A stretch of 64,000 nucleotides of DNA from a bacterium (GTDB lineage: Bacteria > Electryoneota > Electryoneia > Electryoneales > Electryoneaceae), in NCBI GenBank assembly GCA_963675295.2, contig CAXXKJ010000002.1:1312001-1376000 (forward strand). The letters are read 5' to 3'. This document shows, in pieces, positions 19,119 to 29,193 of this stretch; position 1 is the stretch's first letter, and each line of letters begins with the position of its first letter. The notes below the pieces were generated by a model. That model was not told the DNA's origin. It searched no databases and was given only the letters and a program-made list of their open reading frames with translations. The position numbers and the translations under genes were made by a program.

Positions 19119-19853
19119 ATGGCAAAGCAACTAAGCGCGAACAAAAAGGATGGCGCGGACCGGCTGCAGATTGCGACGTATGTGATCACCGGCGTCCTGC
19201 TCGTCATCTTCCTGCTGGATTTCCTTGCGATCGCCGTTGGAAACGCCAACATCAACCAGATGCTGAACACACAGTTCCCGGTGCTGGCAACCTGGATGGG
19301 CACGGTGCTCGCCTTTTACTTCTCCCGTGAAAACTTCGAGAGCGCGAACAAGAACGTGCGCGAGATGGTCGAATTGACCACACGGGAAAAGCTGCAGAAG
19401 CACCAGGTGGCGGACGTCATGATTCCGTATGATCTGATCATGAATCCAATTGTCCTCGATAAGGACAACACGCCGGACACAGTTACCATTCAGGACATGT
19501 ACACCTGCGTTCCCAATGAAATCACCCGCATGTTCATCGTGACGAAGGACCACGTTCTGACTCACCTGCTTCACCGCTCGATCCTTAACCGCTTCATTGC
19601 CGCGTACGCCATGGACGACAAGCAGGGCGATCCGAAGCAGGAGACGCTGGCGACGCTGGAGAAGGATTACCCGCCGATCAAGGCCCGGGCGCAGGCGTTC
19701 GTTGCGGAGACAGCGACCCTTGCCGAAGCGAAGGACGCGATGGATCGGATTCAGGGTTGTCAGGATGTGATCATCACCAAGACCGGATTGCCGACGGAAC
19801 CGGTACTCGGCTGGCTGTCGAACATCGAGATCGGCAAGAAGTCGAGAGCCTAG
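19119..19853 (+). CDS. 2-TM membrane protein with C-terminal CBS-like pair
   Basis: Two hydrophobic helices ending WMGTVLAFYFSRENF; VADVMIP, TLAEAKDAM, DVIIT...VLGWLS. Confidence 0.65.
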   Translation: MAKQLSANKKDGADRLQIATYVITGVLLVIFLLDFLAIAVGNANINQMLNTQFPVLATWMGTVLAFYFSRENFESANKNVREMVELTTREKLQKHQVADVMIPYDLIMNPIVLDKDNTPDTVTIQDMYTCVPNEITRMFIVTKDHVLTHLLHRSILNRFIAAYAMDDKQGDPKQETLATLEKDYPPIKARAQAFVAETATLAEAKDAMDRIQGCQDVIITKTGLPTEPVLGWLSNIEIGKKSRA

Positions 19854-19971
19854 CGTGCTGCTTCACATGGGAGAATGTGCAAACAACGTTGTCTGATCAA
19901 CCAATCCCGGCTTGCTGATTCGGCGCACGTGAAGAGGAGCAATGATGTAGGACCAGCGAAGCGTGCCACGC

Positions 19972-20097
19972 GCGTCATTCTGACGCCGCGTCCGTTGGCG
20001 GCGGAAGAAGGTCCAGATTGTCAACACTTTAACCTGAACTTTCACCTCGTCAAATTCGGCTCTTCCTCACTTCTCTTCGTTCCGTTCGGAATGACGC
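19972..20097. repeat. REP-like palindrome related to 854-973
   Basis: GCGTCATTCTGA...TCACTTCTCTTCGTTCCGTTCGGAATGACGC. Confidence 0.6.
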
Positions 20098-20125
20098 TCG
20101 CCCGAGCAATTCGATTGTGATAAAC

Positions 20126-20155
20126 AAACGCCGGATCCATCAGGGTCCGGCGTTT
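20126..20155. terminator. Bidirectional terminator-like hairpin
   Basis: AAACGCCGGATCC-atca-GGGTCCGGCGTTT between convergent genes. Confidence 0.7.
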
Positions 20156-20252
20156 CTCTCTCGACCCCGCAACCCGGGGCCGAGCGGCCTGTTACGCATG
20201 GTCAAGGTACAAACGCATTCTGTCAGGCATCAAGCTGCTGGCGTCCGGTACA

Positions 20253-20822
20253 TCATGCCGACCGCACTCGCTTGAACCAGCCGCGCGCGTATTTCTCCTG
20301 CACCGGGCTTTTCCGCATCAGGTTGATGTAATGCATTCCCTGCAGCACATTCATCAGGTTGAACAGCGACAATTCGTCCTTCGCCAGCGCTGCATTCAAC
20401 GCCTTCATCGTGTTCTTGCCGAAGTCGCCGTCCTCCGCGATCTCGTCCCAGCTCGCACCGTTCCGGTTGAGCAGATTGAGTGCTTCCTGGAGGAAGTGAA
20501 CGGCGCGTGAGACACCCATGTTCACGCCGGAATCGAACAGCTCATTGGCAATCAATTGGGAGCTGAGATCGTCCCCCTGGAACGGATTCCAGTACAGCGA
20601 CTTGTAGAACGCCGCGACGGATGCGTCCAGCGCGCCATCATCGATATTCGCCGGGAAGGTGGGGTGGGACTTGAAGCCGTCAAGAATTGCCCAACCGGAC
20701 CAGTCCGGATGATGCTTGCGTGAGATGCCACGGTAGGTTTCGCCGCCACGGTCGTCCGGATCGTCCACATACCCGCCTTCATGGGCGGCTGTGATCCTGA
20801 ATGCCTGGTTGAATTGGGCCAT
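20253..20822 (-). CDS. Glycoside hydrolase family 108 muramidase with peptidoglycan-binding C-terminus
   Basis: HEGGYVDDPDDRGGETYRGI, LFDSGVNMG, DGDFGKNT, KYARGWFKR; no signal peptide. Confidence 0.9.
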   Translation of the reverse strand: MAQFNQAFRITAAHEGGYVDDPDDRGGETYRGISRKHHPDWSGWAILDGFKSHPTFPANIDDGALDASVAAFYKSLYWNPFQGDDLSSQLIANELFDSGVNMGVSRAVHFLQEALNLLNRNGASWDEIAEDGDFGKNTMKALNAALAKDELSLFNLMNVLQGMHYINLMRKSPVQEKYARGWFKRVRSA

Positions 20823-21082
20823 GGTGTACCTCGGGTAGGATGCCGGAACGTGCCCGCAATTAACGGGATACGGTGAAGCAGCAGGAGAGAAAGGTAGCTG
20901 GTGTGGATTTGTTAGGCAAGTCTAACTAGCGATTGGAACAACAAAGGTTGGGGACTTGAACGAGATCGGCGCCGGGGATTGGATACCCCCGACGCCCAAT
21001 GGTACGCATGCCCGGAACAGAAAATCACACAATCTCCGCCTCGCCGGAGAATCTCGGAGAGGCGGTTCAACGCTGGGGTTCG

Positions 21083-22567
21083 TCATTCGATCCAGAACGG
21101 GAAGGTGTATTCATCGACCGCGTTGGGATAGGTTCCGATGCGCACAGTCGCCTGGTACAAACCTGGATCTTGCCCCGCTGGAATCGTGGGTGCGATCGGA
21201 TAGTGTTCGACCAAGCCGGCATTCACAGTCAGCTGCCGCGATCTCGCGACCACTTCATTTCCGTCCGGCATGGTGTACACCAGCCACGCGCGGAGCGATT
21301 GCGGATCATCCGTCATGTTATTGACAGAAGCCAGCATCGAGATTGGGCCGCCGTCCGTGCTGAGTACCACCGGTGCGTGTTGCGGGATCAGACGAACACG
21401 GATGTTCGCCGGCGAAAACATTTCGTTTTCAATCCACACCAGCCCCTGTCCGTTGAGGATGGTTATATCATCGACATCTCCGTCATGATCCAGATCGGCG
21501 GCAGCCAGGCCATACCCGTTCGTCGGCAGGTATTGCAAATCGAAGCTGTCGACACCGTCGAAGATACCATGGATCAGGAAGGGGGTGCCGTGATCGAAAT
21601 AGATGGACAAATCAGGGTAACCGTCAAGATTATAATCCGTAGAATTCACCGATCCATACTGACCAAATTGAACCGGAGTCAGATCCAGGGGGTATCCATC
21701 AAAATGGATAACATCATCCGAATTGTTTTGCAGATAGATGTACTCGTTCGATCCGTACCCGAGACAATCCATATCACCATCTAGATCGAAATCTTCCCAA
21801 ACCTGGTAATCGCAGAAACCAAAGTTCGAATAGATGGGAATCGGGGTAAACTGATTTGTACCGTCATTATGTAAAACAACATGTTGCGTGAAGCGAACGA
21901 AGCCGATATCCAGATATCCATCGTTATCGACATCGACAAATTGTGGATTGGCGAACACATCGCCCGTCAGGTAATACGAATTGACCTGGAACGCGATCGT
22001 AGGAGTAAACTCGAAGGAACCATTGTTTTCATAAAGAATAATCGAGGTCCACATAACATCAATGTTCTGCTGCAGGTATACAAACGCAGCGACAATGTCC
22101 TGATCGCCATCCTGATCCACGTCTCCTGCAGCCACACCACGGTAACCCGGAAGGAACTCTGGTGGAACAGACTGGACTTCATGCACAGTCTGGTTACCAT
22201 TCTGAAGTTCAACCCAGATCAAAGTTACACCATTGTAATCCGTGTAATCTCCCAGAACCAGATCCAGATCATGGTCGCCGTCCATATCGACTACATCTTG
22301 CTGATGATATTCGTAACCGGTTACAACCAGGTTCTGGTTGGTGAATTCTCCCCAACCATTGTTCAACCAGGTATGGACCTGATTGCCGTATGGAACGGTT
22401 GCATAAACATCGCTGTCGCCGTCTTGATCCAAGTCCATACTGCCCAATCTGGAATTGATGTAGAATGACCAATCTGCGTCAATCAGATGGATTTGCTGTG
22501 CAGAGGTTAAAGCAGGAAGCAACGCGAGGAGCACGAGCGCAAAAAGGAAATTCGCCGTCGATTTCAT
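21083..22567 (-). CDS. Secreted FG-GAP/VCBS repeat protein with C-terminal Ig-like domain
   Basis: Signal peptide, seven DxDxDGxxD-type motifs, C-terminal IPAGQDPGLYQATVRIGTYP...FPF. Confidence 0.85.
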   Translation of the reverse strand: MKSTANFLFALVLLALLPALTSAQQIHLIDADWSFYINSRLGSMDLDQDGDSDVYATVPYGNQVHTWLNNGWGEFTNQNLVVTGYEYHQQDVVDMDGDHDLDLVLGDYTDYNGVTLIWVELQNGNQTVHEVQSVPPEFLPGYRGVAAGDVDQDGDQDIVAAFVYLQQNIDVMWTSIILYENNGSFEFTPTIAFQVNSYYLTGDVFANPQFVDVDNDGYLDIGFVRFTQHVVLHNDGTNQFTPIPIYSNFGFCDYQVWEDFDLDGDMDCLGYGSNEYIYLQNNSDDVIHFDGYPLDLTPVQFGQYGSVNSTDYNLDGYPDLSIYFDHGTPFLIHGIFDGVDSFDLQYLPTNGYGLAAADLDHDGDVDDITILNGQGLVWIENEMFSPANIRVRLIPQHAPVVLSTDGGPISMLASVNNMTDDPQSLRAWLVYTMPDGNEVVARSRQLTVNAGLVEHYPIAPTIPAGQDPGLYQATVRIGTYPNAVDEYTFPFWIE

Positions 22568-22686
22568 GAAAATCTCAATTTGTCAAACACCTCTTATTTT
22601 TCATAAAGTACACACAGCTATGATCGCCGTAAATAGTATTTGCGGAAATACTGCAGTTATTCGCTCCCGGAGCTAAGAACAATCAA

Positions 22687-22717
22687 CAACGCCGGAGCGA
22701 ACAAGGCTCCGGCGTTG
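22687..22717. terminator. Hairpin downstream of clpC
   Basis: CAACGCCGGAGC-gaacaag-GCTCCGGCGTTG. Confidence 0.65.
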
Positions 22718-22750
22718 GCAAGTATAAGTAGTTTTGAACTGTCAGGGTAG

Positions 22751-25327
22751 TCAGTTCTTGCCAGGTTCAGGCGAAGCTCCCGAGGAGTCCGATTCACCGG
22801 CTTCCGCAGCGGCGGGCTTGTCCTTCTTCTTGCTCTTGCCGTTGCTGCTGCCGTTGCCGTCCGGCTTGGCGAGCAGGACGTACTTGTCGGACTTGAACGT
22901 CAGCTCGTCCTTGCCAAGGCTGACATGAACCAGGTCGCCATCCTCGACTTCACCTTTGAGCATCACTTCGGCGAGCGAATCCTCGAGGTGCCGTTCCACC
23001 GAGCGCCGCAACACACGTGCACCGGTATGCGCATCGAAACCCTTGTCGACGATGAAGCCTTTCGCCTTGTCGTCGAGGTGGAGTTCGATCTTGCGGTCCA
23101 CGAGGCGCTTGTTGATGTCCTGGATGTACATCTCAAGAATGTCGATGATGTGTTCGCGTTCGAGGTGACGGAAGACGATCACTTCGTCAATGCGGTTAAG
23201 GAATTCGGGGCGGAACTGCTCCTTGAGCGTTTTCATCATCCGCTCTTTCATCGCCTCGTATTCCTGCTGCGATTTCTCACCCGTACTGCTGGCGAAGCCG
23301 ATCGAGCCCTTGCCCGCTTCACGGCTGCCGGAGTTGGACGTCATGATGATCACGGTATTGCGGAAGTCTACCTTGCGGCGTGAACCGTCGGTCAGCTCGC
23401 CGTTGTCCAGCACCTGCAGCATCATGTTGAACACATCCGGGTGCGCCTTCTCGACTTCGTCGAAGAGGACGACGCTGTACGGCTTGCGACGGACACGTTC
23501 GGACAGCTGGCCGCCTTCATCATAGCCCACGTATCCCGGGGGCGCGCCGATCAGCCGGCTGACGTTGAACTTCTCCATGTACTCGCTCATGTCGACACGC
23601 ACGATCGCCTGCCGGTCGCCGAACAGGTGTTCGGCCAGCACATTCGCGAGTTCGGTTTTACCGACGCCGGTCGGGCCGAGGAAGACGAAACTGCCAATCG
23701 GGCGGTTCGGGTTCTTCAGGCCGGTGCGGCTGCGGCGGATCGCCTTGACGAGCTCGTGGATCGCCTCATCCTGGCCGACGATACGCTTCTGCAGCAGCTT
23801 GCGCATCTCGAGCAGACGCTCACCTTCGCTGATCGCGACGCGGTTCACCGGGATGCCGGTCATCATGCTGACGACGGCGGCGATATCCTCGGTGGTCGCC
23901 TCGATCTTGTCGTCAGACTCGTTCTGTTCCCACTCCTTGCGTGCAGCACTCAGCTCATCCTCGAGCTTGCGCTTTTCGTCGCGGAGTTCGGCGGCCTTTT
24001 CATATTCCTGGTTCTTGACCAGGTCATCTTTCTTGCGCTGCAGCTCCTCGACCTTGGATTCGAGCTCGACAATGTGCTCAGGTACGACGAGGTTTTGCAG
24101 ACGCAGGCGGCTGCCGGTTTCGTCCAGCACGTCGATCGCCTTGTCCGGCAGGTAGCGGTCGGAGATGTAGCGATCCGACAGCATCACCGACTGGCGCAGG
24201 CATTCCATGCTGAAGGTGACGCCGTGGTGGTCTTCGTAGTTCTTCTTCAGCCCGGTCAGAATTTCGATGGTTTCGTCCACGCTCGGCGGGTCTACCATCA
24301 GCTTCTGGAAGCGGCGTTCTAGCGCGCCGTCCTTTTCGATATTTTCCCGGTACTCGTTGAGCGTCGTCGCGCCAATGCACTGCAGTTCACCGCGAGCGAG
24401 CGCCGGTTTGAACATGTTGGACGCGTCGAGGCTGCCGGAGGCGGACCCCGCACCGACAATGGTGTGCAGCTCGTCGATGAAGATGATCACGTCCAGATTC
24501 TTCTCGATTTCGGCGAGCACCGACTTGACGCGTTCCTCGAACTGGCCGCGGTACTTGGTGCCGGCGACCATCGAGCCGATATCCAGCGCGATCACCCGCT
24601 TGTTGAACAGGGCAGGGGAGACCTTCTGCTGAATGATGCGCAACGCGAGGCCTTCCACGATGGCGGTCTTGCCGACACCGGGCTCGCCGATCAACACCGG
24701 GTTGTTCTTCTTGCGGCGTGAGAGGATCTGCGCCACACGCTCGATTTCCATATCCCGGCCGATGATCGGGTCGAGACGGTTGTCGCGTGCCAGCTGGGTC
24801 AGATCCCGGCCGAAGTGGTCGAGAACGGGTGTCTTTTTCTTCCCGGAAGCGGAACGAGCGCTCGGGGTTACTTCACCCGGATCTGGACTTTCCTGAGAGC
24901 TCATGTTGTCAAACTCGGCTTTAAGGGAATCGTAGGTGACGTTGTAACTGGAGAGGATCTGGGCCGGCAGGCCATCCCCATCCTTGACCAGCGCGAGCAG
25001 CAGGTGTTCGGTGCCGATCTGGTCGCTGGCGTATTGCTTGCCTTCGATGTACGAGACTTTGAGCGCCTTTTCGGCGGTTTTGGTAAAGGGGATGTTCCCC
25101 AGCTTCATGGTTGTGGTCGGCGATTCAATCGCCTCTTCAATGCTTTCGCGGATCTCATCGAGATCCACACCCAGGTTCTGCAGGCCCTGTGACGCGGTGC
25201 AATCGCGCATTTGCAGCAAACCGAGCAGCAAGTGTTCGGTTCCGATTGCGTCATGCCCGAGGCGGATCGCCTCTTCACGGGAATGCTGAATCGCCTGCTG
25301 CACCTGGTACGAGAATTTGTTCATCAT
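22751..25327 (-). CDS. clpC: ATP-dependent Clp protease ATPase ClpC
   Basis: Two Clp-N repeats, [11 protein letters not shown]-like [36 protein letters not shown]. Confidence 0.95.
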   Translation of the reverse strand: MMNKFSYQVQQAIQHSREEAIRLGHDAIGTEHLLLGLLQMRDCTASQGLQNLGVDLDEIRESIEEAIESPTTTMKLGNIPFTKTAEKALKVSYIEGKQYASDQIGTEHLLLALVKDGDGLPAQILSSYNVTYDSLKAEFDNMSSQESPDPGEVTPSARSASGKKKTPVLDHFGRDLTQLARDNRLDPIIGRDMEIERVAQILSRRKKNNPVLIGEPGVGKTAIVEGLALRIIQQKVSPALFNKRVIALDIGSMVAGTKYRGQFEERVKSVLAEIEKNLDVIIFIDELHTIVGAGSASGSLDASNMFKPALARGELQCIGATTLNEYRENIEKDGALERRFQKLMVDPPSVDETIEILTGLKKNYEDHHGVTFSMECLRQSVMLSDRYISDRYLPDKAIDVLDETGSRLRLQNLVVPEHIVELESKVEELQRKKDDLVKNQEYEKAAELRDEKRKLEDELSAARKEWEQNESDDKIEATTEDIAAVVSMMTGIPVNRVAISEGERLLEMRKLLQKRIVGQDEAIHELVKAIRRSRTGLKNPNRPIGSFVFLGPTGVGKTELANVLAEHLFGDRQAIVRVDMSEYMEKFNVSRLIGAPPGYVGYDEGGQLSERVRRKPYSVVLFDEVEKAHPDVFNMMLQVLDNGELTDGSRRKVDFRNTVIIMTSNSGSREAGKGSIGFASSTGEKSQQEYEAMKERMMKTLKEQFRPEFLNRIDEVIVFRHLEREHIIDILEMYIQDINKRLVDRKIELHLDDKAKGFIVDKGFDAHTGARVLRRSVERHLEDSLAEVMLKGEVEDGDLVHVSLGKDELTFKSDKYVLLAKPDGNGSSNGKSKKKDKPAAAEAGESDSSGASPEPGKN

Positions 25328-25538
25328 GCGTTGCATCCGTTCTGAAACATCGTGCTGGTGACACAAACCTGGAGTTTGTTCACGCTGTAATATATCGGGC
25401 GCTGAGCGAGGTTGCTCACGCGCGATGCGTCTGAATGTACGCTCGGGGCAGGGAATTTGTTGTGCGACGGGTCAACCCCGAACCGCGAAAACGTATACCC
25501 TGTACCCTGTTCACGGATCGGAATGATTCTGAGTTCCC

Positions 25539-26294
25539 TCAGGGGGTCTGGAGGATCTCCGATCCGTCCGGGCGAGCGTCCTCGATGCGTCCGTCCACCA
25601 GCCGCACCACCCGGTCCGCTCGTTCGGCCCAATCTTCGTTGTGTGTGACAACCACGATACTCGATCCACGTTGCTGGACGAAGTTGATCAGGTCGCTCTC
25701 GAGTTTTCGTCCGGTGGGACGGTCGAGATTGCCGGTCGGTTCGTCGGCAAGAATCAGCTTGGGATCGTTCATCAACGCCCGCGCCACCGCGACACGCTGC
25801 TGTTCTCCGCCGGAAAGCTCCGCCGGTTTGTTCTCGAGACGGTGACCGAGTCCAAAGGATTCGAGCAACTCTTGTGCCGGGGCGGAAGCGTCCTGTGCTG
25901 AAACACCTCGCACCCGCGCCGGCATCATCACGTTCTCAAGTGCGGTGAACGCCGGCAGCAAGTGGTGGAACTGAAACACGAAGCCAATGGTGCCGCGTCG
26001 CAGCTCCGCCCGCTTCGGGCCGGGCAGGTTGGCGACATCGTGGTTCAGCAGCTTCAACGTGCCCGATGTGGGCCGTTCAAGCGTGCCGAGAATGTGCAGC
26101 AGGGTGGATTTGCCTGCGCCGGACGGTCCGACGACGGCGACAAACTCACCCGGATGCACGGCGATGTCGACCCCGCGCAGCACGTCGATCGTACGCCGTC
26201 CCTGCTGGAACGACTTGCGCACGTCGCTGGCCTCGAGGATCGGGCTGCTATCGTTCGGCAAGCTAGTGCCCACAGTTTGAGAATTATCTGGCAT
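25539..26294 (-). CDS. lolD: Lipoprotein-releasing ABC transporter ATPase
   Basis: GPSGAGKS, GFVFQFHHLL, LSGGEQQRV, ADEPTGNLD; follows a lolC/E-like gene. Confidence 0.88.
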   Translation of the reverse strand: MPDNSQTVGTSLPNDSSPILEASDVRKSFQQGRRTIDVLRGVDIAVHPGEFVAVVGPSGAGKSTLLHILGTLERPTSGTLKLLNHDVANLPGPKRAELRRGTIGFVFQFHHLLPAFTALENVMMPARVRGVSAQDASAPAQELLESFGLGHRLENKPAELSGGEQQRVAVARALMNDPKLILADEPTGNLDRPTGRKLESDLINFVQQRGSSIVVVTHNEDWAERADRVVRLVDGRIEDARPDGSEILQTP

Positions 26295-26410
26295 GTACTC
26301 GGTTCATCTTCTTGGTTTTCAAAACCTTAATACTGTATAATCACCGGATACTGACAGTCACAAGCGATCTACACCACCGATCACCAACCACCGCCTACCG
26401 TTCACCGATT

Positions 26411-27646
26411 TCACTCATACCGAATCGCTTCGACCGGATCGAGCATCGCCGCGCGGCTGGCCGGATACACCGCCGCGAGTAGACATAGGATGACGCCGAC
26501 AATGCCCACCGCCGCGAAGTCGGTCGCACGCATCAGCACCGGCAGCGAGTTCAGCATGTAGATGTCCGATGGCAGGCTGAAGAAGTGGTACGTTTGCTGT
26601 GCCCACAGCAGCGCGTAGCCAATCAGCAGGCCGGTGAACGTACCGGTGATGCCGACAACCAGCCCCTGGTACAGGAAGATGGTGCGGATCTCTTTCTGCG
26701 TCGCGCCCATGGTCAGCAGGATACCGATTTCCTTGCGTTTCTCGAGCGTGACCATCACCAGCGTCGAGACGATGTTGAACGCCGCGACGAGGATGATCAG
26801 GCTGAGCACGATGAACATTGCCCATTTCTCGAACTGCATCCACGAGAACAGCGTCTTGCGCATCTCGAACCATGTGCGCGGGTACCACGGGTAGCCGATC
26901 TCGTCGACGACCCGCTCCTTGACCGTCCACGCGTCGTCGAGGGTGGTGGTTTTAACATCGAGTCCACTGACCGTGTTGCCCATCTGGAACAGCTCCTGCG
27001 CCTCGTACAGGCCGATCAACGCGAACACCTGGTCAAATTCGGCGAGGCCGGATTCGAAGATGCCGGAGACTCGGTATCTGCCCATCCGTGGCTGGCCGAA
27101 TGGTCCGCTCATCCCCGCCGGACTGAGCAGATAGACGGTGTCGCCGAGGGTCGCGTAAAGCACATCCGCGAGGTAACGTCCGAGCACGATTCCGCCCATC
27201 GCGTCGCTGCCCGGCGGAACGTCGAGGCTGTCGAGCGAACCCGCGATAATCATTTCGGGCAGGTTGTTGACGGCGGCGACGGATTCCACGTCTACGCCGC
27301 GAATGATCGTGCCCTCGGTGTGTTTGCCGTGACGGATCATCCCCTTGTCGAGGATGTACGGCGTCACCGCCTCGACCTTGTCCATCGACCGGATCTCGTC
27401 CGCCACTCCGCGCCAGTTCTTGGATGTGTTGCCGCTGAAGACGGAGACACGCAACGGTGCGTCCGCCCCGATAATCCGTGCCCGGACTTCTTCCTCGAAG
27501 CCGTTCATGATCGAGAGGACGATCACCAGCGCGGCGGCGCCGACCGCTACTCCGGCGGCGGAGAGGTAGGTAATCAGGGAGATGAACCCGGTGCGCCGTT
27601 TCGAGCGCAGGTACCGGTTCGCGATGGTCCAGGTGTAGTGGGACAG
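26411..27646 (-). CDS. Lipoprotein-releasing ABC permease (LolC/E family), apparent CTG start
   Basis: Frame extends 40 codons upstream of the ORF-track start: LSHYTWTIANRYLRSKRRTGFISLIT...LSIMNGF; C-terminal YPASRAAMLDPVEAIRYE. Confidence 0.9.
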   Translation of the reverse strand: MSHYTWTIANRYLRSKRRTGFISLITYLSAAGVAVGAAALVIVLSIMNGFEEEVRARIIGADAPLRVSVFSGNTSKNWRGVADEIRSMDKVEAVTPYILDKGMIRHGKHTEGTIIRGVDVESVAAVNNLPEMIIAGSLDSLDVPPGSDAMGGIVLGRYLADVLYATLGDTVYLLSPAGMSGPFGQPRMGRYRVSGIFESGLAEFDQVFALIGLYEAQELFQMGNTVSGLDVKTTTLDDAWTVKERVVDEIGYPWYPRTWFEMRKTLFSWMQFEKWAMFIVLSLIILVAAFNIVSTLVMVTLEKRKEIGILLTMGATQKEIRTIFLYQGLVVGITGTFTGLLIGYALLWAQQTYHFFSLPSDIYMLNSLPVLMRATDFAAVGIVGVILCLLAAVYPASRAAMLDPVEAIRYE

Positions 27647-27764
27647 CGTCCTGCTCCAGCGTTTTACGTCATGTCACCGGTGAAGCTACAAAAAACCGTC
27701 GCGGATGACACCACGGGCAGGGACAATTCGTTCCGGGGAGGCCACCGTGAGTTCCCGTGGTTTG

Positions 27765-29192
27765 TTACTTGACGACGACCACCCGCAACGGCGTCGTCTG
27801 CACTTTCGACCCGCTCACTTCGATGAAATAGGTCCCACTCGCGACTTGGTGCAAGCTGACCGACATCCGGTGGGTTCCGGCAGTGAACCGGCCGGACGCG
27901 ATGGTAGATATCCGCTGGCCGAGCACATTGGACAGCGTAATCGTCATGTCGGACGACCGGGGAATGGTGAACTCAAGCCGCATCCGCGCGTTCGATGGGT
28001 TCGGATACGCGTGCAGCTGGATGGAATTCGGCAGTTCCACAGGAACGTTCGCGGAAACAGCTGTCGCGGTAGCGACCAGGTAGTCTGTCATCCACGTTTC
28101 GTCTGGATCGGCGAACCCGACAGCCATGAACTCATCACTGGAAATTCCGGCGATGGCTGTGAACTCCGCGTGCTGCTGAAAGCCGTAGCTCCGTGTCCAG
28201 GCGGTTGACCCGTCCGGTGCCAACAGGTGCAGCACGGCCTGCTTGCTGAACGTCAGTGGATCCTGATCGACTCCGCAGACGAGCGCCGAATCTCCCGCTC
28301 CCGTGGTGACATCACGCCAGCTGTCCCACCCAGCCTGACCGGATTGCCTGGACCAGAGGAATTCGCCCGTTGCCGAAAGTTTCAGCAGGATGCCGTCGGT
28401 TTCCTCGCTGACGGGATCGGTCACGGTCGTGCCCGCAACATAGATTTCTCCCCCCGGGGTCACATCCACCCCCGCGCTCTGCTGCGCCCACGGCAGGGCG
28501 TGCAGGTAGTCCCAGAGCGGCGTGCCATCCGGATCGAACACCAGCACGTGCAGGTCGCTGGCGAAGTCGTTATTCGCATTTTGCTGCGACGCCACGATCA
28601 GGTTTCCCGCCGAAGTTCGTGCCAGGGAAGTTGCGGCGTGATAGTCATCGAACTCGCTGGTGAACGTCCACAAGACATTCCCGTTCGCATCGAGATGGAG
28701 CAGCCCGATCTGCTTGATTCCGTCGATATCCACGAAGCCGAGGACATACGCGCCGCCATGCCCGTCGGACACCAGGCTGACTGCGGCGGACGGGTAGTCC
28801 TCGAAATACGTTCGTGACCAGCGCTGGCGACCGTCGTCATCGAATTGGCACACCAGCCAGTCGAACAGGCCTTCGTTCGGACGGGTCGCCCCGGCAAGCC
28901 AGAACCGTCCTGCCGGGTCCGCCATCACATCGGCGGTTTCATCCCACCATTGGGTGTCGTAGTCCATCACCCACCGTGGCTTTCCGGATGTATTGAGCAG
29001 GCATACGACTGCTGATGTTTCGCCAACCCCGAACGAGGAGGAATACCCGCCGGCGAGGTACAGACCGTCCGGCGTCACGTCCACGCAAGTCAAAATGTCA
29101 TGCGCGAATCCGCTGATCGGCTGTCCGAACGATCCGGTGACGTGCAGCAACAGAAACAACAGAGCGGCGGCGAGTGATCGTGACAGGCGCAT
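27765..29192 (-). CDS. Secreted beta-propeller protein with T9SS-type CTD
   Basis: Signal peptide, DxxGxxxW blades, AYPNPSN...VASGTYF...RVVVVK. Confidence 0.8.
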   Translation of the reverse strand: MRLSRSLAAALLFLLLHVTGSFGQPISGFAHDILTCVDVTPDGLYLAGGYSSSFGVGETSAVVCLLNTSGKPRWVMDYDTQWWDETADVMADPAGRFWLAGATRPNEGLFDWLVCQFDDDGRQRWSRTYFEDYPSAAVSLVSDGHGGAYVLGFVDIDGIKQIGLLHLDANGNVLWTFTSEFDDYHAATSLARTSAGNLIVASQQNANNDFASDLHVLVFDPDGTPLWDYLHALPWAQQSAGVDVTPGGEIYVAGTTVTDPVSEETDGILLKLSATGEFLWSRQSGQAGWDSWRDVTTGAGDSALVCGVDQDPLTFSKQAVLHLLAPDGSTAWTRSYGFQQHAEFTAIAGISSDEFMAVGFADPDETWMTDYLVATATAVSANVPVELPNSIQLHAYPNPSNARMRLEFTIPRSSDMTITLSNVLGQRISTIASGRFTAGTHRMSVSLHQVASGTYFIEVSGSKVQTTPLRVVVVK

Positions 29193-29193
29193 C

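Noticed and set aside
20253-20822. Prophage
   Set aside because: No structural, terminase or integrase genes nearby
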